Below, piece by piece: positions 27,125 to 38,232 of a stretch of DNA of 64,000 bases. The position numbers were made by a program, and so were the translations under genes. The DNA comes from Podarcis liolepis. Taxonomy: Eukaryota. The stretch lies in NCBI GenBank assembly GCA_965112155.1, contig OZ218098.1, one strand, 5' to 3'. Below the pieces are notes generated by a model. It was not told the DNA's origin. It worked only from the letters and a program-made list of their open reading frames with translations, and ran no database searches. The number at the start of each line of letters is the position of its first letter. Within the stretch, counting starts at the first letter, position 1.

Positions 27125-27936
27125 GATACTCCATGCTACAAAGCAAAGAAATAATTCCCGTGGCAGCCATCAGCCTGCTGCCCCCACTGCTGGTTGCCAT
27201 CATGATAACGGTGACGTTCTATCTCTGCCGAACCCACAGGCAGAGGAGGAGAGCCAAGGAGTGGCCCCAGAAACAAGTCCAGCACCGCCCACTGCCTGAA
27301 TCCAGCAGAGCCACCAGCTACGACGAGATACTATCTGTCAAGATCGACCACCGCGTCACCTTGAGCACAGCCTGTGCCAACAACATCAACCACAACACCG
27401 AACTGTTGCCTATCGAGCTAGATGAGCGAGTCGGGAAAGGGCAGTTTGCAGAAGTCTGGAGAGCAAAGTTGAAGCATGCCTCTTCGGAGCAGTACGAGAC
27501 GGTGGCAGTGAAGATTTTCCCCTGCGAGGACTATGCTTCCTGGAAAAACGAAAGCCAGATCTTCAGCGATGCCAATCTCAAGCATGACAGCATCCTTCAG
27601 TTCCTCACAGCGGAAGAGAGGCACTCTGGACTCCAGAAAGAATACTGGCTCATCACGGCCTACCACAGCCAGGGAAACCTCAAGGATTATTTGTCCAGGA
27701 ATGTTCTGAGCTGGAGGGACTTGCAGAAGATGGCTGGCTCCCTAGTGAGTGGTGTGGCTCACTTGCACAGTGACTACACTCCCTGTGGCAGTCCAAAGAT
27801 CCCCATCGCCCACCGGGACATCAAAAGCACCAACATCCTCATTAAGAACGAACAGGAATGTGTGCTCTGTGATTTTGGGATTGCTCTGAGGCTGGATCCA
27901 GCCTTAAGTGTGGAAGATTTTGCAAACAGCGGACAG
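27125..27936 (+). CDS. TGFBR2L: TGFBR2-like exon 4 (TM, juxtamembrane, kinase subdomains I-VII)
   Basis: Lies within ORF 27082..27954; catag acceptor; [21 protein letters not shown]; kinase motifs; CAG|gtgagt donor. Confidence 0.96.
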
Positions 27937-29059
27937 GTGAGTGCTGTAGAATGAAACCAGCAGAGCAATCCATTCTGCTTGATGGAAAGTAGAAAGATCT
28001 TAGCCTCCTTCATGTGCTAGCCATGCAAAGAGTTCTGCGCACTGTGGGGGCTGTGCCACTGGCCCCACCCCAAAACATCATTTGATTTACCAATCCCAGC
28101 TTCCATGTGTTGAGCATGGACATTTGCATAGCGGAAGCCTGCCTTATATAGGTTTTCCATGTGATCTAGAACCCTGTGTGAATGGGGATCCAGGTCACAT
28201 GAAAGCCTGCTGCATCTGTAGAGCATGACACTCATAAGCTTCCCCTGGACAGCCAGTTCAGCATGTAAATCTTGGGGGTGGGGCCAGAAGTGCTGCCTGC
28301 TGCCCTTTCCATGGATGGAGGGCCCTTCTACGTGTGAAGGGGGTCCTTCAGAATGGCAAATATAACCCATAGCAGGCAGTATGAAAAAGCTCTGAAAAGG
28401 CAACGCTGCTATGGAATTTGCTGCAGGCATTCGGCATCTTCCATATACAAACATGCAACTATGATTTAAGTGAGTGCCCTGCTTGTTGGTACACAATTGG
28501 CTTGGAATCACCTTTGATGCTGAATGACAAATAGCTACTGTGTTCCGGGTTCTGGAGGGTATCTTGTTTTTGGCAGCTAGCTTGTAATCAAAGTCCGGGG
28601 CTACTAGATCTTCCCAAGCTCTTTTTGCATTCAAAATCTAACACCACTGAAATACTCAATGTCTTTCCCCTCATGGTGAAGCGGCAGGCAGAGGAGTGAT
28701 TTGAGCAGAAAGCTGCCCACTGACAGTAGAGTGGTACTTTCCTCCATTCAAACTCACAGCTGCCCACAGCACATTTTGGTTTGAATGAGACAAACAGAAA
28801 ACCCAGGAAAGAAGCTCTCAATTATTGTCACATCTAATTTGGGCCTTGGTTCCCATCCCAGTAAGGGCTGGTAAGTTTAGAGAAGATTTTACGGTCACTT
28901 TCCTGGCTACCCTATACTTGGACAAAAACCTAGAGATAAAGGGGTGGAGCAACTCTGGAGTACAAAAGGTCCAGTCTGTATCGCAGATCTTCTTTTAACT
29001 TGGAATCACCACGGCTTCTCTCCTCCACCCCTTCTAACATCTACTCAATTTATGGCCAG

Positions 29060-29201
29060 GTGGGCACTGCCAGATATATGGCTCCTGAAGTTTTGGAATC
29101 TCGAGTGAATCTCGAAGACCTGGAGTCCTTCAAACAAATGGATGTTTATTCCATGGCTCTGGTTTTATGGGAGATTGCCTCCAGGTGTGACGCCATAGGA
29201 G
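29060..29201 (+). CDS. TGFBR2L: TGFBR2-like exon 5 (kinase VIII-IX)
   Basis: [43 protein letters not shown]; cag acceptor and G|gtaagt donor; 142 nt. Confidence 0.96.
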
Positions 29202-30067
29202 GTAAGTCTATACCAGCAGAGCCCCGCTTTACAGGTCTACTGGGCAAAACAAATATGGCTGTTCCAACAAGAAGTTGCCAGAGGGAGGTGGGAGCAAACC
29301 TTAGTGCAGAGAAGCTAACCTATGGCCACCCCACCCTAGATGTTGATGAACTAAAACTCCCAGTATCTCTATGACTGCCAGTCATGTAGGCAGAGGCTGA
29401 TGAAAGCTGTAGTTCAGCAAACATCTGGAGGGCCACAGGTTAGCCATTCCTGCCTTAGCAGAAGGACGCATTTGTCAGATAGGAGGGCATCTCTTGCAAA
29501 AATGGGTCTCAGTTAGCAAGGCCAAGAAAGGCTTCTGGCCTCAGGACTCAAAAAGCCGCACTGCCCATAGCCAAGGCAAATAATCCTAGGATAGATGGGC
29601 AAATGACCTATCTCAACAGCATGGAGATTTGTGTGGCTCCAGTGGAGATTGTATTGCCTCTCCACTAGGAAATGATAGTGACGCCTCTTTTAACATAATA
29701 AAATGGTACAAAGAGCCTGCTAAAATGAAAGAAAATACCAAGAAGATTGAAGGAAGCATTTGGAGTGCGAATGGCCACTAAAGGAACCCACGTTTCATCA
29801 GCAGTAAAAAAAAATCATTAACGGGGATTAATTTATTGCTTTAGCATTTCCCGCTACACAATCAGGCTTTGAACTGGTAGAAGCAATGCTAACCTTTCCT
29901 GCTAATTCAAAGTGATTTGGGCTTGTGCTGATTCTAATTCTCATGAGATGCAAGTCCAGACACTAACATGTGGAACAGTCTACAAGGGCGGTGTATGTGA
30001 AATCTATGGGCAAATGTGTTAGCAGGATGGTGGGGATACAGCACTGGTGCAATATGGATTCTGGTTC

Positions 30068-30272
30068 ATTTATCTGTCATTACATTTATATCCCACCTTT
30101 TCTCCAAGGAACTCAAGGTGGCATGCAAAGTTTCCCCCCTTTCCACTTTTATCCTCAAAACAAACCTCAGGTTAGGCTGAGAGACAGTGAGTGGCCCAAG
30201 GTCACCCTGTGAGCTTCATGCCTGAGTGGGGACTGGACTCCTGGTCTCCCAGGTCCACCACCCTAACCACTG
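30068..30272 (-). mobile_element. tRNA/L2-tailed squamate SINE
   Basis: Reverse-complement homolog of 6350-6540. Confidence 0.6.
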
Positions 30273-30761
30273 CAACAAGCAACAAATACTTAGCGGCCTC
30301 TGCTGTGTCCTACAACGTGGTCCATTAAGGAAGTACCTGCTGTACATCCACACACACACACACCCTGCAACTCCACATCTCAAACACAACCCGGTTGGGC
30401 TGTAGGTGCTACTACTTTTAACAGTTCACAGGTTTTAAAACAAACTGTGGGCATCAACCAGCCAATACCGTGCTGCCAATACTAAATGAAGCAAGCTTCT
30501 TTTCTGAAACATACAGTGGCATTTCGACAAATCTTTCAATGTGCTGCCTGAATTTAAAAGTGTCCCCTGTTCACAACCTGGCTGCCAAGCTTTGTTATCA
30601 ATGAACAGTTCTTCACCAGGTACAGCTGCAAGCCGCCACTAGAGGTAGTTTTATTATCCATTTCCTGGTGAATGTTCTCGGTGGCACCACAGCAAGTACA
30701 TAGTCAAGGTGTATCTAAATTGCATGCACATCTAGCTAACATCAACGCTGCTTCCTTGCAG

Positions 30762-30889
30762 AGGTGAAGAACTATGAGCTACCATTTGGATCAAAGGTCC
30801 GGGAGCAACCCTGCATGGAGGTTATGAGAGATGTTGTACTGCATGGCCGAGGGCGTCCAGAGATACCTGGCAATTGGCTGGTGCATCAG
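30762..30889 (+). CDS. TGFBR2L: TGFBR2-like exon 6 (kinase X); GC donor
   Basis: [43 protein letters not shown]; ttgcag acceptor; ends CAG|GCAAGT; 128 nt. Confidence 0.93.
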
Positions 30890-31295
30890 GCAAGTACCAA
30901 AAAAGGAAGGTAAAATTTATGGCTTTGCCACGAGAACACCTTCTTTTGCCTACTCCTCCTCTTGAACTGTTTACATTCAAGCTTATAACTGAGAACTGGT
31001 GCCCGAGTTTGTTTTCTTCTTCCCTCCTCATCCGTTTTGGCTTCTTTTCTTTTTAGATCGTAAGCCTGAGGGCAGGGGCAGTCTTATTTGTTATTGATCT
31101 CATGTTATTGATCTCTGGAAGCCTTTTCCTCTGAAGAGCAGTGCAAAAATGCTTTAAATAAATATTTCTGAGCAGCAGACCTAGAGGTGCGTGTCTAGAC
31201 AAACAACATTTGCAGAAATCTTGAAGCCCCCCCCCCCAAACACTGTCCCCCTCCCCAGGTTTCTGAGGCAAAATGGAGACTTTGGGGGAAATTGA

Positions 31296-31353
31296 AATTA
31301 ACATACTTACTTTCTTATCAAACCAATTAACATACTTACTTTCTTATCAAACC
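31296..31353. repeat. Perfect 29-bp tandem duplication
   Basis: AATTAACATACTTACTTTCTTATCAAACC x2. Confidence 0.9.
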
Positions 31354-32396
31354 TAATATGTTTTAACATAAAATGCATCCTAACTTGACATAGTACAATT
31401 TTATATTTGGCATATTTCTGAAATGCAGAGAGTTGGCCTCTGTATGTTTACTCATAACTAATACTGATTCTGTTTGGTGGCACTCTCAAAGTACCTATGA
31501 TTACAGTCTCAGAAGAATAAATGCTTTATGTTTTGTACAAGCACCGTTGCAAATGCACCCAGTATCAAAGAGCACAAGCTGTCAACTGCTACCGTATGCT
31601 GCCTTGTACATTTTCTCATCTTAGTTTTTTTGCAATTTGAAGAGGAAAAAATAAAAGCTAAAAGAAGAAATCAATAACTTTGTATTAAACAAAGTGAAGT
31701 GTGCTTGGTGGACAAAAATGGCCTCATATAGTCACAGTCCTCTCATGAACAGTCCTCTTCTCCTCTTAAGGCGTTGTCCTGAGAGATGGGTCCCCCGCCC
31801 CCACTTTCCATTATAACACTGCCCAAGACCCTTCCAGTCAATTTTTAGTTGCCCCAGCAAAGATGGCGCTGGCTCTGGCAGGACTTGCACATAAGCTAAC
31901 TGGACAAATGAGGCAGGACAGAACCTTCTGTTTCCCCTGCCTGGTCAGCTCTATTGGGCTAGTAAAGCAGATCATCTGCTTCATCTGTTTGACTGGCTTC
32001 CCATACTGGCTGTGGAGGAAGTGTCTTCACTAATCACCAATACGTGCCTGAAAGAAATCAAGATTTATTGCAGCTTTCCCAGTAAATCATCAAAATATTT
32101 ATGTGGGCAATAGCATCAAGCAGAGTTTATTTTTTGGGAGGTGAATGGAATACGGTGTCCTTCAATAGGGAAAAGGAAATCAAGCACAAGGTCAAAAATC
32201 ATGTTCCTGAGCCAGTAACGCACACTGATTGCTCTTCTTTTTACTTCAAAAGTGGGCAATAATTGTAGTGAAGCAGAAGGAAGAGCACGGAGGAAAGTAT
32301 CAAAAATACAACGCATGTCCTTATTTTGATGCCCTGTTCGTTTCGTTCCCCCTAGATTTGAGATTGCTAACTTCCCAGCTTCCTTCTTAATTTCAG

Positions 32397-32630
32397 GGAA
32401 TGCATTTCCTGTGTGACACCATCACAGAATGCTGGGACCATGATCCTGAAGCCAGACTCACGGCTCACTGCGTGGCAGAGCGGTTCAACCTGATGGTGCA
32501 GACGGATTGCGATGACATCCTCAACAACAACAACAGCAGCAGCAGCCACGGCAGCAGCCTTGGTGATGAGGCAAGCAAAATGGGTTGCCCAATAGATGAG
32601 AATCAAGGGAGTGACAGGAATATCCAATGA
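32397..32630 (+). CDS. TGFBR2L: TGFBR2-like exon 7 (kinase XI and C-terminal tail, stop)
   Basis: tttcag acceptor; [30 protein letters not shown]...NIQ*; AATAAA downstream at about 32642 and 32726. Confidence 0.95.
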   Translation, partial: GMHFLCDTITECWDHDPEARLTAHCVAERFNLMVQTDCDDILNNNNSSSSHGSSLGDEASKMGCPIDENQGSDRNIQ

Positions 32631-35346
32631 CTGGAGAAAGAAATAAAAGCTGGACAAAAGCACCAATGGGCATGCCACTCAGAAAAAAAACAACCTCCCC
32701 CAAACCCCATTTAGTTCTCTGAATGAATAAAACATATTTATAAGCCCTTTTAATTTACTAGGCAAAAAGGCAGAGTCACTGTATTATGTTCAGCACGCAA
32801 TATAAATCATTTTATACTTATTTTAAATGTATAACACAAAAAAATCTTTATTTTTAAAAAGATTCACAATTAATAGGCATTTTTTTTTAAAAAAAACACC
32901 ATCCAATGTTCATTCTTTACGAGGGGGTAAGGCAGAGTCTTGAACCTAGCCTGTTACTAGATCACACAAGAAATTGCTGGAACCATTAGGTGTTAATCAG
33001 AGAAGAACTCCATTCGCTTGCTTTTAAAAATAAATAATTTTTTCTATTCACACAGGCTTCCAAAGTTTTGAAAAATTTGTTACATCTCTCAGACTTTGAA
33101 GAAACCCAATATTGATACCATGTTTATTCCTAAAGTTAAGGTTTGACACCTAACTCTTTCTGCAAACTTTCCTTCCTAATTTCCACTACTGTCATCTCAG
33201 CCAAAACCCACATTTTGTCTAACCATCTTATTTGTTCTTTAAACTGTTCTTTCACTTCAATAGAACATCTATTAAATTAGAACTCCAAAGGAACGCAATG
33301 TGGGCTTCCGAGTAAGAGCCAGGGCTTTTCAGCATCCCACCCTTTCCACAGGCGTACCACATGCCACCTGAAAAGCCACTTGTGAAAGTCACTGCTGTCT
33401 TTGGACAAGACAAGGCGTTGGCTACTGGATGAGGAAGATCTCTGCACAGGCACGGGGCTCTCTGGATTCTGGACTAAGATTGCAACTGTAAGCATCCTGG
33501 GGAACTTAAGTTCCATTGAAACCAACAGGAGATACTTGAACTATATATATTTATGTTTCACAGTGACAGACACTGGCTTGTGCAGAAACCTGGCATTCTG
33601 TAGCAACTACTGGCAGATTTCTATTTCTTTTGTTATTTTGAATGGGCTTCTTTCCACGAAAACTATACAACAAGTTAATGGAAGCATATAGCTTGCCTAC
33701 AAAGCACCATCTCATCTTAACTCGCAAAAGCGGTGCAAGCTCTCTATGAAGAGAAATCTGGATGCTTCAGAAGTGGCATTTGTGTCATCTGCGTGTTTGA
33801 ATAGACAAGAGCAGTGTGGGACAGGAGAGAGAGAGAGAGAGAGCGCGCAGAGATATTCTTAAAAAGCTCACAAATTCTGAACTGGAAAATCCTATTCCAC
33901 AATTTGAAGCTGAATATGCTGTCAGCATTGAGCACCACATTGCTATGAACACAGACAAAAAACAAACAAACAGTTCCGTTTGGTAGCTTTATTTCCTTCC
34001 CTCCCCATTTTCTCACACATGGAATTGTACACTAGTCGCATTAAGATTTCAGTGCATTTCACAGCAAAAAAAAAAAAGTACAAGGGAATCTTAACACATG
34101 TGCATAACCCTCCCCCCCAAATCCCCCCAAACACTTTTCAGACTTTGTGGAAAATGAGGGCGATTACTTAACCACTCTCGGGTGCATTCGGATAACCTTT
34201 TCCCTTAATATGGAAGAAAAAACTAAACACACTTGACCAGCACACACAGAGTTTGAAAGTTTCCATGATGGCAGGGAGAGGCCCCACTGTTGACACAAAC
34301 CAGAAGATGACAGACAATGGTATATACACTGATTGGAAGACTACATCAGAAGAAACAGAGTAAGGCACCACTCTTAGAAAAATTAAGGTAGCTTGTAGTA
34401 ACAAGAATGAAAGCCATAAATCAGTACTATTCTTAATTGCCAGCAATTCTTAGACTTCAATAAAATATTGGTATCATAAAAAACAATGGACGTTTTTACC
34501 TGAACATGGTTTTCCGGTATCAGAATGCAACTGGTTTTGTATGCAGTCCCATAGCAAAAAAACAAGCCTTCTCAGGTGTTGTAGAAAAACCAAAGTGACG
34601 GTCTTTGTACTCAGCAGGCACACAAAGATGTCTGACTCGGAACTTACACAGAAGACAAATGAAATCACTTGCCTGGGCAACCTGTAACACTGACTCTGTC
34701 TCAGAGATGATCCATGGAGAACAGTGAGTGGGGGCAATGAGCTAAAGTATATATAGAGATATTTAAAAAAGGACACATCAGTCAGGTCTGAGCTCCAGTC
34801 TCTTCAAAGAGACAGAACATCTTCAGGGTATTTACAGCAGTTTGCTAAGGAAATGAAGCTGGCGGGAGGTTAAGGGAAATTCTAGAGCTGAAAATTGTTC
34901 TGAATTTTACTGCTCCCACCTTTCTCTCCACAACTCTTTCACATATAGGAAACACCCCATAGTTACAATTCTAATCTACTTTAGAATGTTGTGTGTGGGG
35001 GGGGTGTTTTTAAAAAAGGTGTGGTTTACGTGACTCCCTCATTCTTCCACAGCCATGCACACATTGCCTCCGAAGAATAATTACAAAAAGAAGTGTCAAG
35101 TCCTGATCCAGACAGTTCAATAACACTGATTCCAAGGTCAACTTATGAAGAGCTTCCTCTTCAAGGTTTTCAGCAAGAATAATAATTCAGAGCAGCAAAA
35201 GGTGTTTCTCTATACGGGCACTGAGTAGTTCAGAAACAAGTGGGAAATGGAGCACAGATTGGGAAGAACTGTTCAGCTATTACTCCAGAAGCAATTCCAC
35301 TTGGGCAGAACAGCATAGCAGCTCTGAATGCTACTGTTTCTAGAAG

Positions 35347-35348
<2 letters not shown>

Positions 35349-35391
<43 letters not shown>
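35349..35391. repeat. (TA)n microsatellite in presumed OSBPL11 3' UTR
   Basis: Direct observation. Confidence 0.97.
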
Positions 35392-35397
<6 letters not shown>

Positions 35398-35701
35398 AAC
35401 ATCTTAGGCAGCTTTTGCAGTAGGTGTGCTTAGAAAGAATACAATACACAGTTCAGATAAAATCTTCAGTGCCATATAAAATGTTTTTTGAAGTGGGGGC
35501 GAGAAGACATACCTGGTAAGGTTCTCTCTCGCTATCTTTTGATTTTCTGCAACTTTAAAGTGCCCTAGTAGTTTATTCCATTATGCTTACTTAATTTTGT
35601 GCAATTGTATAAAAATCCCAAAGGACTGTTAGTGAGACACAGCATTTTGGAAGTTGTAGGGATTAGAACAAAAGAGAAGAATAATTTTGAAGAAATGTCA
35701 T

Positions 35702-35779
35702 CTAGTTTGTGTCTGCTGGTTGATTTTGTACGGCAGGCATTCTTTTCCAAAGAGGGTTATAATAAACCCAGCCCTCTCC
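35702..35779 (-). CDS. OSBPL11: OSBPL11 exon 13 (last coding exon)
   Basis: ttgcag acceptor; GEGWVYYNPLWKRMPAVQNQPADTN* parallels human GDGWVYHKPLWK...QPAE. Confidence 0.92.
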   Translation of the reverse strand, partial: GEGWVYYNPLWKRMPAVQNQPADTN

Positions 35780-36158
35780 CTGCAATTCAAACAGAGAACA
35801 AGATTACTCAGTTGAAGAAAAAAATTCCATGTAAATTCAATGGCAAATGCTAATTGTCCTAGGATCTGAGTAGTACACTACTGCCCAGAGACTGATCATA
35901 ACCATAATATCTGAAACCACAATTTGATCCTTCTCACTATCCACAGTTTAAACAAGCCACAGTTGCCTGAGTTTGGATACCCACAAATTTCAAATCAGAA
36001 GCTGAATGTACAGGTACAAAACTGGAGAGTTGGAAGGGGACTATATATGCCTGAGGCTCACTATGACTCCCTTACCAGAAAACCAGAGCTTTCTAATACA
36101 TCTAGGAACACAGGTGACCATTGTTTTCACCCTGGCATCTGATTGGCTACTGTGAGAA

Positions 36159-38232
36159 CAGGCTTTTATGAAAACCTACGAGATGGCGGTGAAGGCTGCA
36201 AAGAAGTCATATTTCTCGGCCTCCATTGCATCCGCTAGCTCTCGCCCAGCGCAATTATTTAGTATAATCAGGTCTTTAACGTCCCTTGAGGGACAGCCAA
36301 ATTTAAATAGCAAATTGACACACGGCTGTGAGGCATTTGCGAGCTTTTTTGCGGAGAAGGTCTTGTCGCTCCGCCATGACCTCCCTGCCAATTTGGATAC
36401 AATAAAGGAACTGGAGGCCCCTCGACTGTCCTCGGGTCCAGTATTGGACCACTTCGACCAGATATCCCCAGCCGATGTGGACAGACTCCTCCGAGCTGGA
36501 AAGCCCACCACCTGTCCTCTCGACCCGTGCCCGTCTTGGCTGATTAGAGCGTGTCCAGACGAGGTGCGGGCCCTCCTGGGGGATATCATCAATTTGTCCC
36601 TTGGCACGGGGACATTCCCAGGGGAACTGAAGGAGGCAGTGGTGCGCCCGCTCTTAAAGAAAACATCATTAGATCCTTTAGATCTATCCAATTACCGCCC
36701 GGTTTCGAATCTTCCGTTCCTGGGTAAGGTGATTGAGAGAGCGGTTGCTGAACAGCTTGGTGGGTTTCTGGATGAAACATCGGCTCTGGATCCATTCCAG
36801 TCCGGCTTCCGCGCTGGTCATGGGACCGAGACGGCTCTGGTCGCCCTAACAGATGACCTTCGTAGACAGCTGGATCGAGGCGGGTCGGGGCTGCTGATTC
36901 TTCTAGATCTATCAGCAGCTTTCGACGTGGTCGATCACGAACTTCTGGACCACCGCCTTGCCGACGTGGGGATCCAGGGCACAGTCCTTCAATGGCTGCG
37001 CTCGTTTCTCTCTGGTCGGGGACAGAGGGTGGCGCTTGGGGGGGAATTGTCATCGCGCCACTCCTTGGTGTGTGGAGTACCTCAGGGTGCGATACTCTCC
37101 CCGATGCTTTTCAACATCTTTATGCGCCCCCTCGCCCAGCTTGTTCGGAGTTTTGGGCTGGGTTGTCATCAGTATGCCGATGACACCCAACTCTATCTGT
37201 TGATGGATGGCCATCCTGACTCGGCCCCAGACACACTGACCAGATGTTTGGAAGCTGTGGCTGGATGGTTACGTGGGAGCCGGTTGAAGCTAAATCCTTC
37301 GAAGACAGAGGTCCTGTGGCTGGGACGGGGCGATATGGGATTGGGGGGGCAACTCCCATCTCTTGCGGGGGCGCAATTAGTGCCAGCACCGTCCGTTAAG
37401 AGTTTGGGTGTAATCTTCGACACCTCCCTTTCCATGGAGGCGCAGATTGCAGCTATAACAAAGGCGGCATTTTTCCATCTCCGCCAAGCTAAGCAGTTGG
37501 CTCCTTACCTCTCTCGCCCTGACCTAGCCACTGTGATCCATGCGACGGTCACCTCCAGACTGGATTATTGTAACTCGCTCTACGTGGGGCTGCCCTTGAG
37601 ACTGACCCAGAAACTCCAGCGGGTGCAGAATGCTGCAGCGAGACTCCTTACGAGGTCTTCGCTGCGAGATCACATTCACCCGGTGCTATACCAGCTGCAC
37701 TGGCTCCCGGTGGAGTACAGGATCAGGTTTAAGGTGCTGGTTTTAACCTTTAAAGCCCTATATGGCCTAGGACCCTCGTACCTACGGGACCGCCTCTCCT
37801 GGTATGCCCCACAGAGAAACCTACGGTCTTCAAATAAAAACATCTTGAAGGTCCCAGGCCACAGAGAAGTTAGGCTGGCCTCAACTAGAGCCAGGGCTTT
37901 TTCGGCTGTGGCTCCGATCTGGTGGAACACTCTGTCACAAGAGACCAGGGCCCTGCGGGACTTGACATCCTTCCGCAGGGCCTGCAAGACAGAGCTGTTC
38001 CACCAGGCCTTTGGCTAGGGCACAGCCTGACTCCCTCCCTCGGCAATCTTCGCAGAGCTCTGGCCCAATGGTTGCTAGTGGCTTGAATTAATTAATTTTT
38101 ATAATGAATGATTTTAGAATGTTGTTTATGTTGTACTTTTGTACTGTTTTATTGTTGTTAGCCGCCCTGAGCCCGGCTTCGGCTGGGGAGGGCGGGATAT
38201 AAATAAAATTTATTATTTATTATTATTATTAT
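36159..38232 (+). mobile_element. Young 5'-truncated L2-clade LINE in OSBPL11 last intron (antisense to the host gene)
   Basis: Uninterrupted RT ORF, CpG-rich sequence, 3' UTR with a terminal stem-loop and a (TAT)n tail. Confidence 0.93.
36168..38018 (+). CDS. L2 LINE ORF2 fragment: reverse transcriptase domain and C-terminal region (616 aa, endonuclease absent)
   Basis: NYRPVSNLPFLGKVIE, QSGFR, LLDLSAAFD, GVPQGAILSP, YADD, LKLNPSKTE, LHWLPV motifs. Confidence 0.9.
   Translation: MKTYEMAVKAAKKSYFSASIASASSRPAQLFSIIRSLTSLEGQPNLNSKLTHGCEAFASFFAEKVLSLRHDLPANLDTIKELEAPRLSSGPVLDHFDQISPADVDRLLRAGKPTTCPLDPCPSWLIRACPDEVRALLGDIINLSLGTGTFPGELKEAVVRPLLKKTSLDPLDLSNYRPVSNLPFLGKVIERAVAEQLGGFLDETSALDPFQSGFRAGHGTETALVALTDDLRRQLDRGGSGLLILLDLSAAFDVVDHELLDHRLADVGIQGTVLQWLRSFLSGRGQRVALGGELSSRHSLVCGVPQGAILSPMLFNIFMRPLAQLVRSFGLGCHQYADDTQLYLLMDGHPDSAPDTLTRCLEAVAGWLRGSRLKLNPSKTEVLWLGRGDMGLGGQLPSLAGAQLVPAPSVKSLGVIFDTSLSMEAQIAAITKAAFFHLRQAKQLAPYLSRPDLATVIHATVTSRLDYCNSLYVGLPLRLTQKLQRVQNAAARLLTRSSLRDHIHPVLYQLHWLPVEYRIRFKVLVLTFKALYGLGPSYLRDRLSWYAPQRNLRSSNKNILKVPGHREVRLASTRARAFSAVAPIWWNTLSQETRALRDLTSFRRACKTELFHQAFG

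Larger units (their letters stand above)
2858..32630 (+). other. TGFBR2L: TGF-beta receptor type-2-like gene (TGFBR2 paralog), 7 coding exons, 573 aa: signal peptide, 12-Cys ectodomain, TM helix, Ser/Thr kinase
   Basis: Exons of 52+151+203+812+142+128+234 nt splice in phase into one ORF (1722 nt). Exon layout and motifs match TGFBR2 ([67 protein letters not shown]), but the ectodomain is divergent. Confidence 0.93.

Noticed and set aside
28017-28634. 205-aa minus-strand ORF in TGFBR2-like intron 4
   Set aside because: No recognisable motifs, partly repeat-derived, and no supporting gene structure.
27082-32630. Calling the kinase gene the TGFBR2 ortholog, or ACVR2/BMPR2/AMHR2
   Set aside because: TGFBR2-specific motifs exclude the other type II receptors. 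The divergent ectodomain and the OSBPL11 neighbour argue for a paralog, not the ortholog.
33329-33367. Alternative OSBPL11 terminal coding exon (VACGTPVERVGC*)
   Set aside because: It has an acceptor-like site but no homology to ORP C-termini, and the true last exon is at 35702-35779.
36168-38018. 616-aa ORF as a host gene or autonomous element
   Set aside because: It is LINE ORF2 lacking the endonuclease and ORF1, with a LINE 3' UTR and tail, so it is a 5'-truncated retrocopy.
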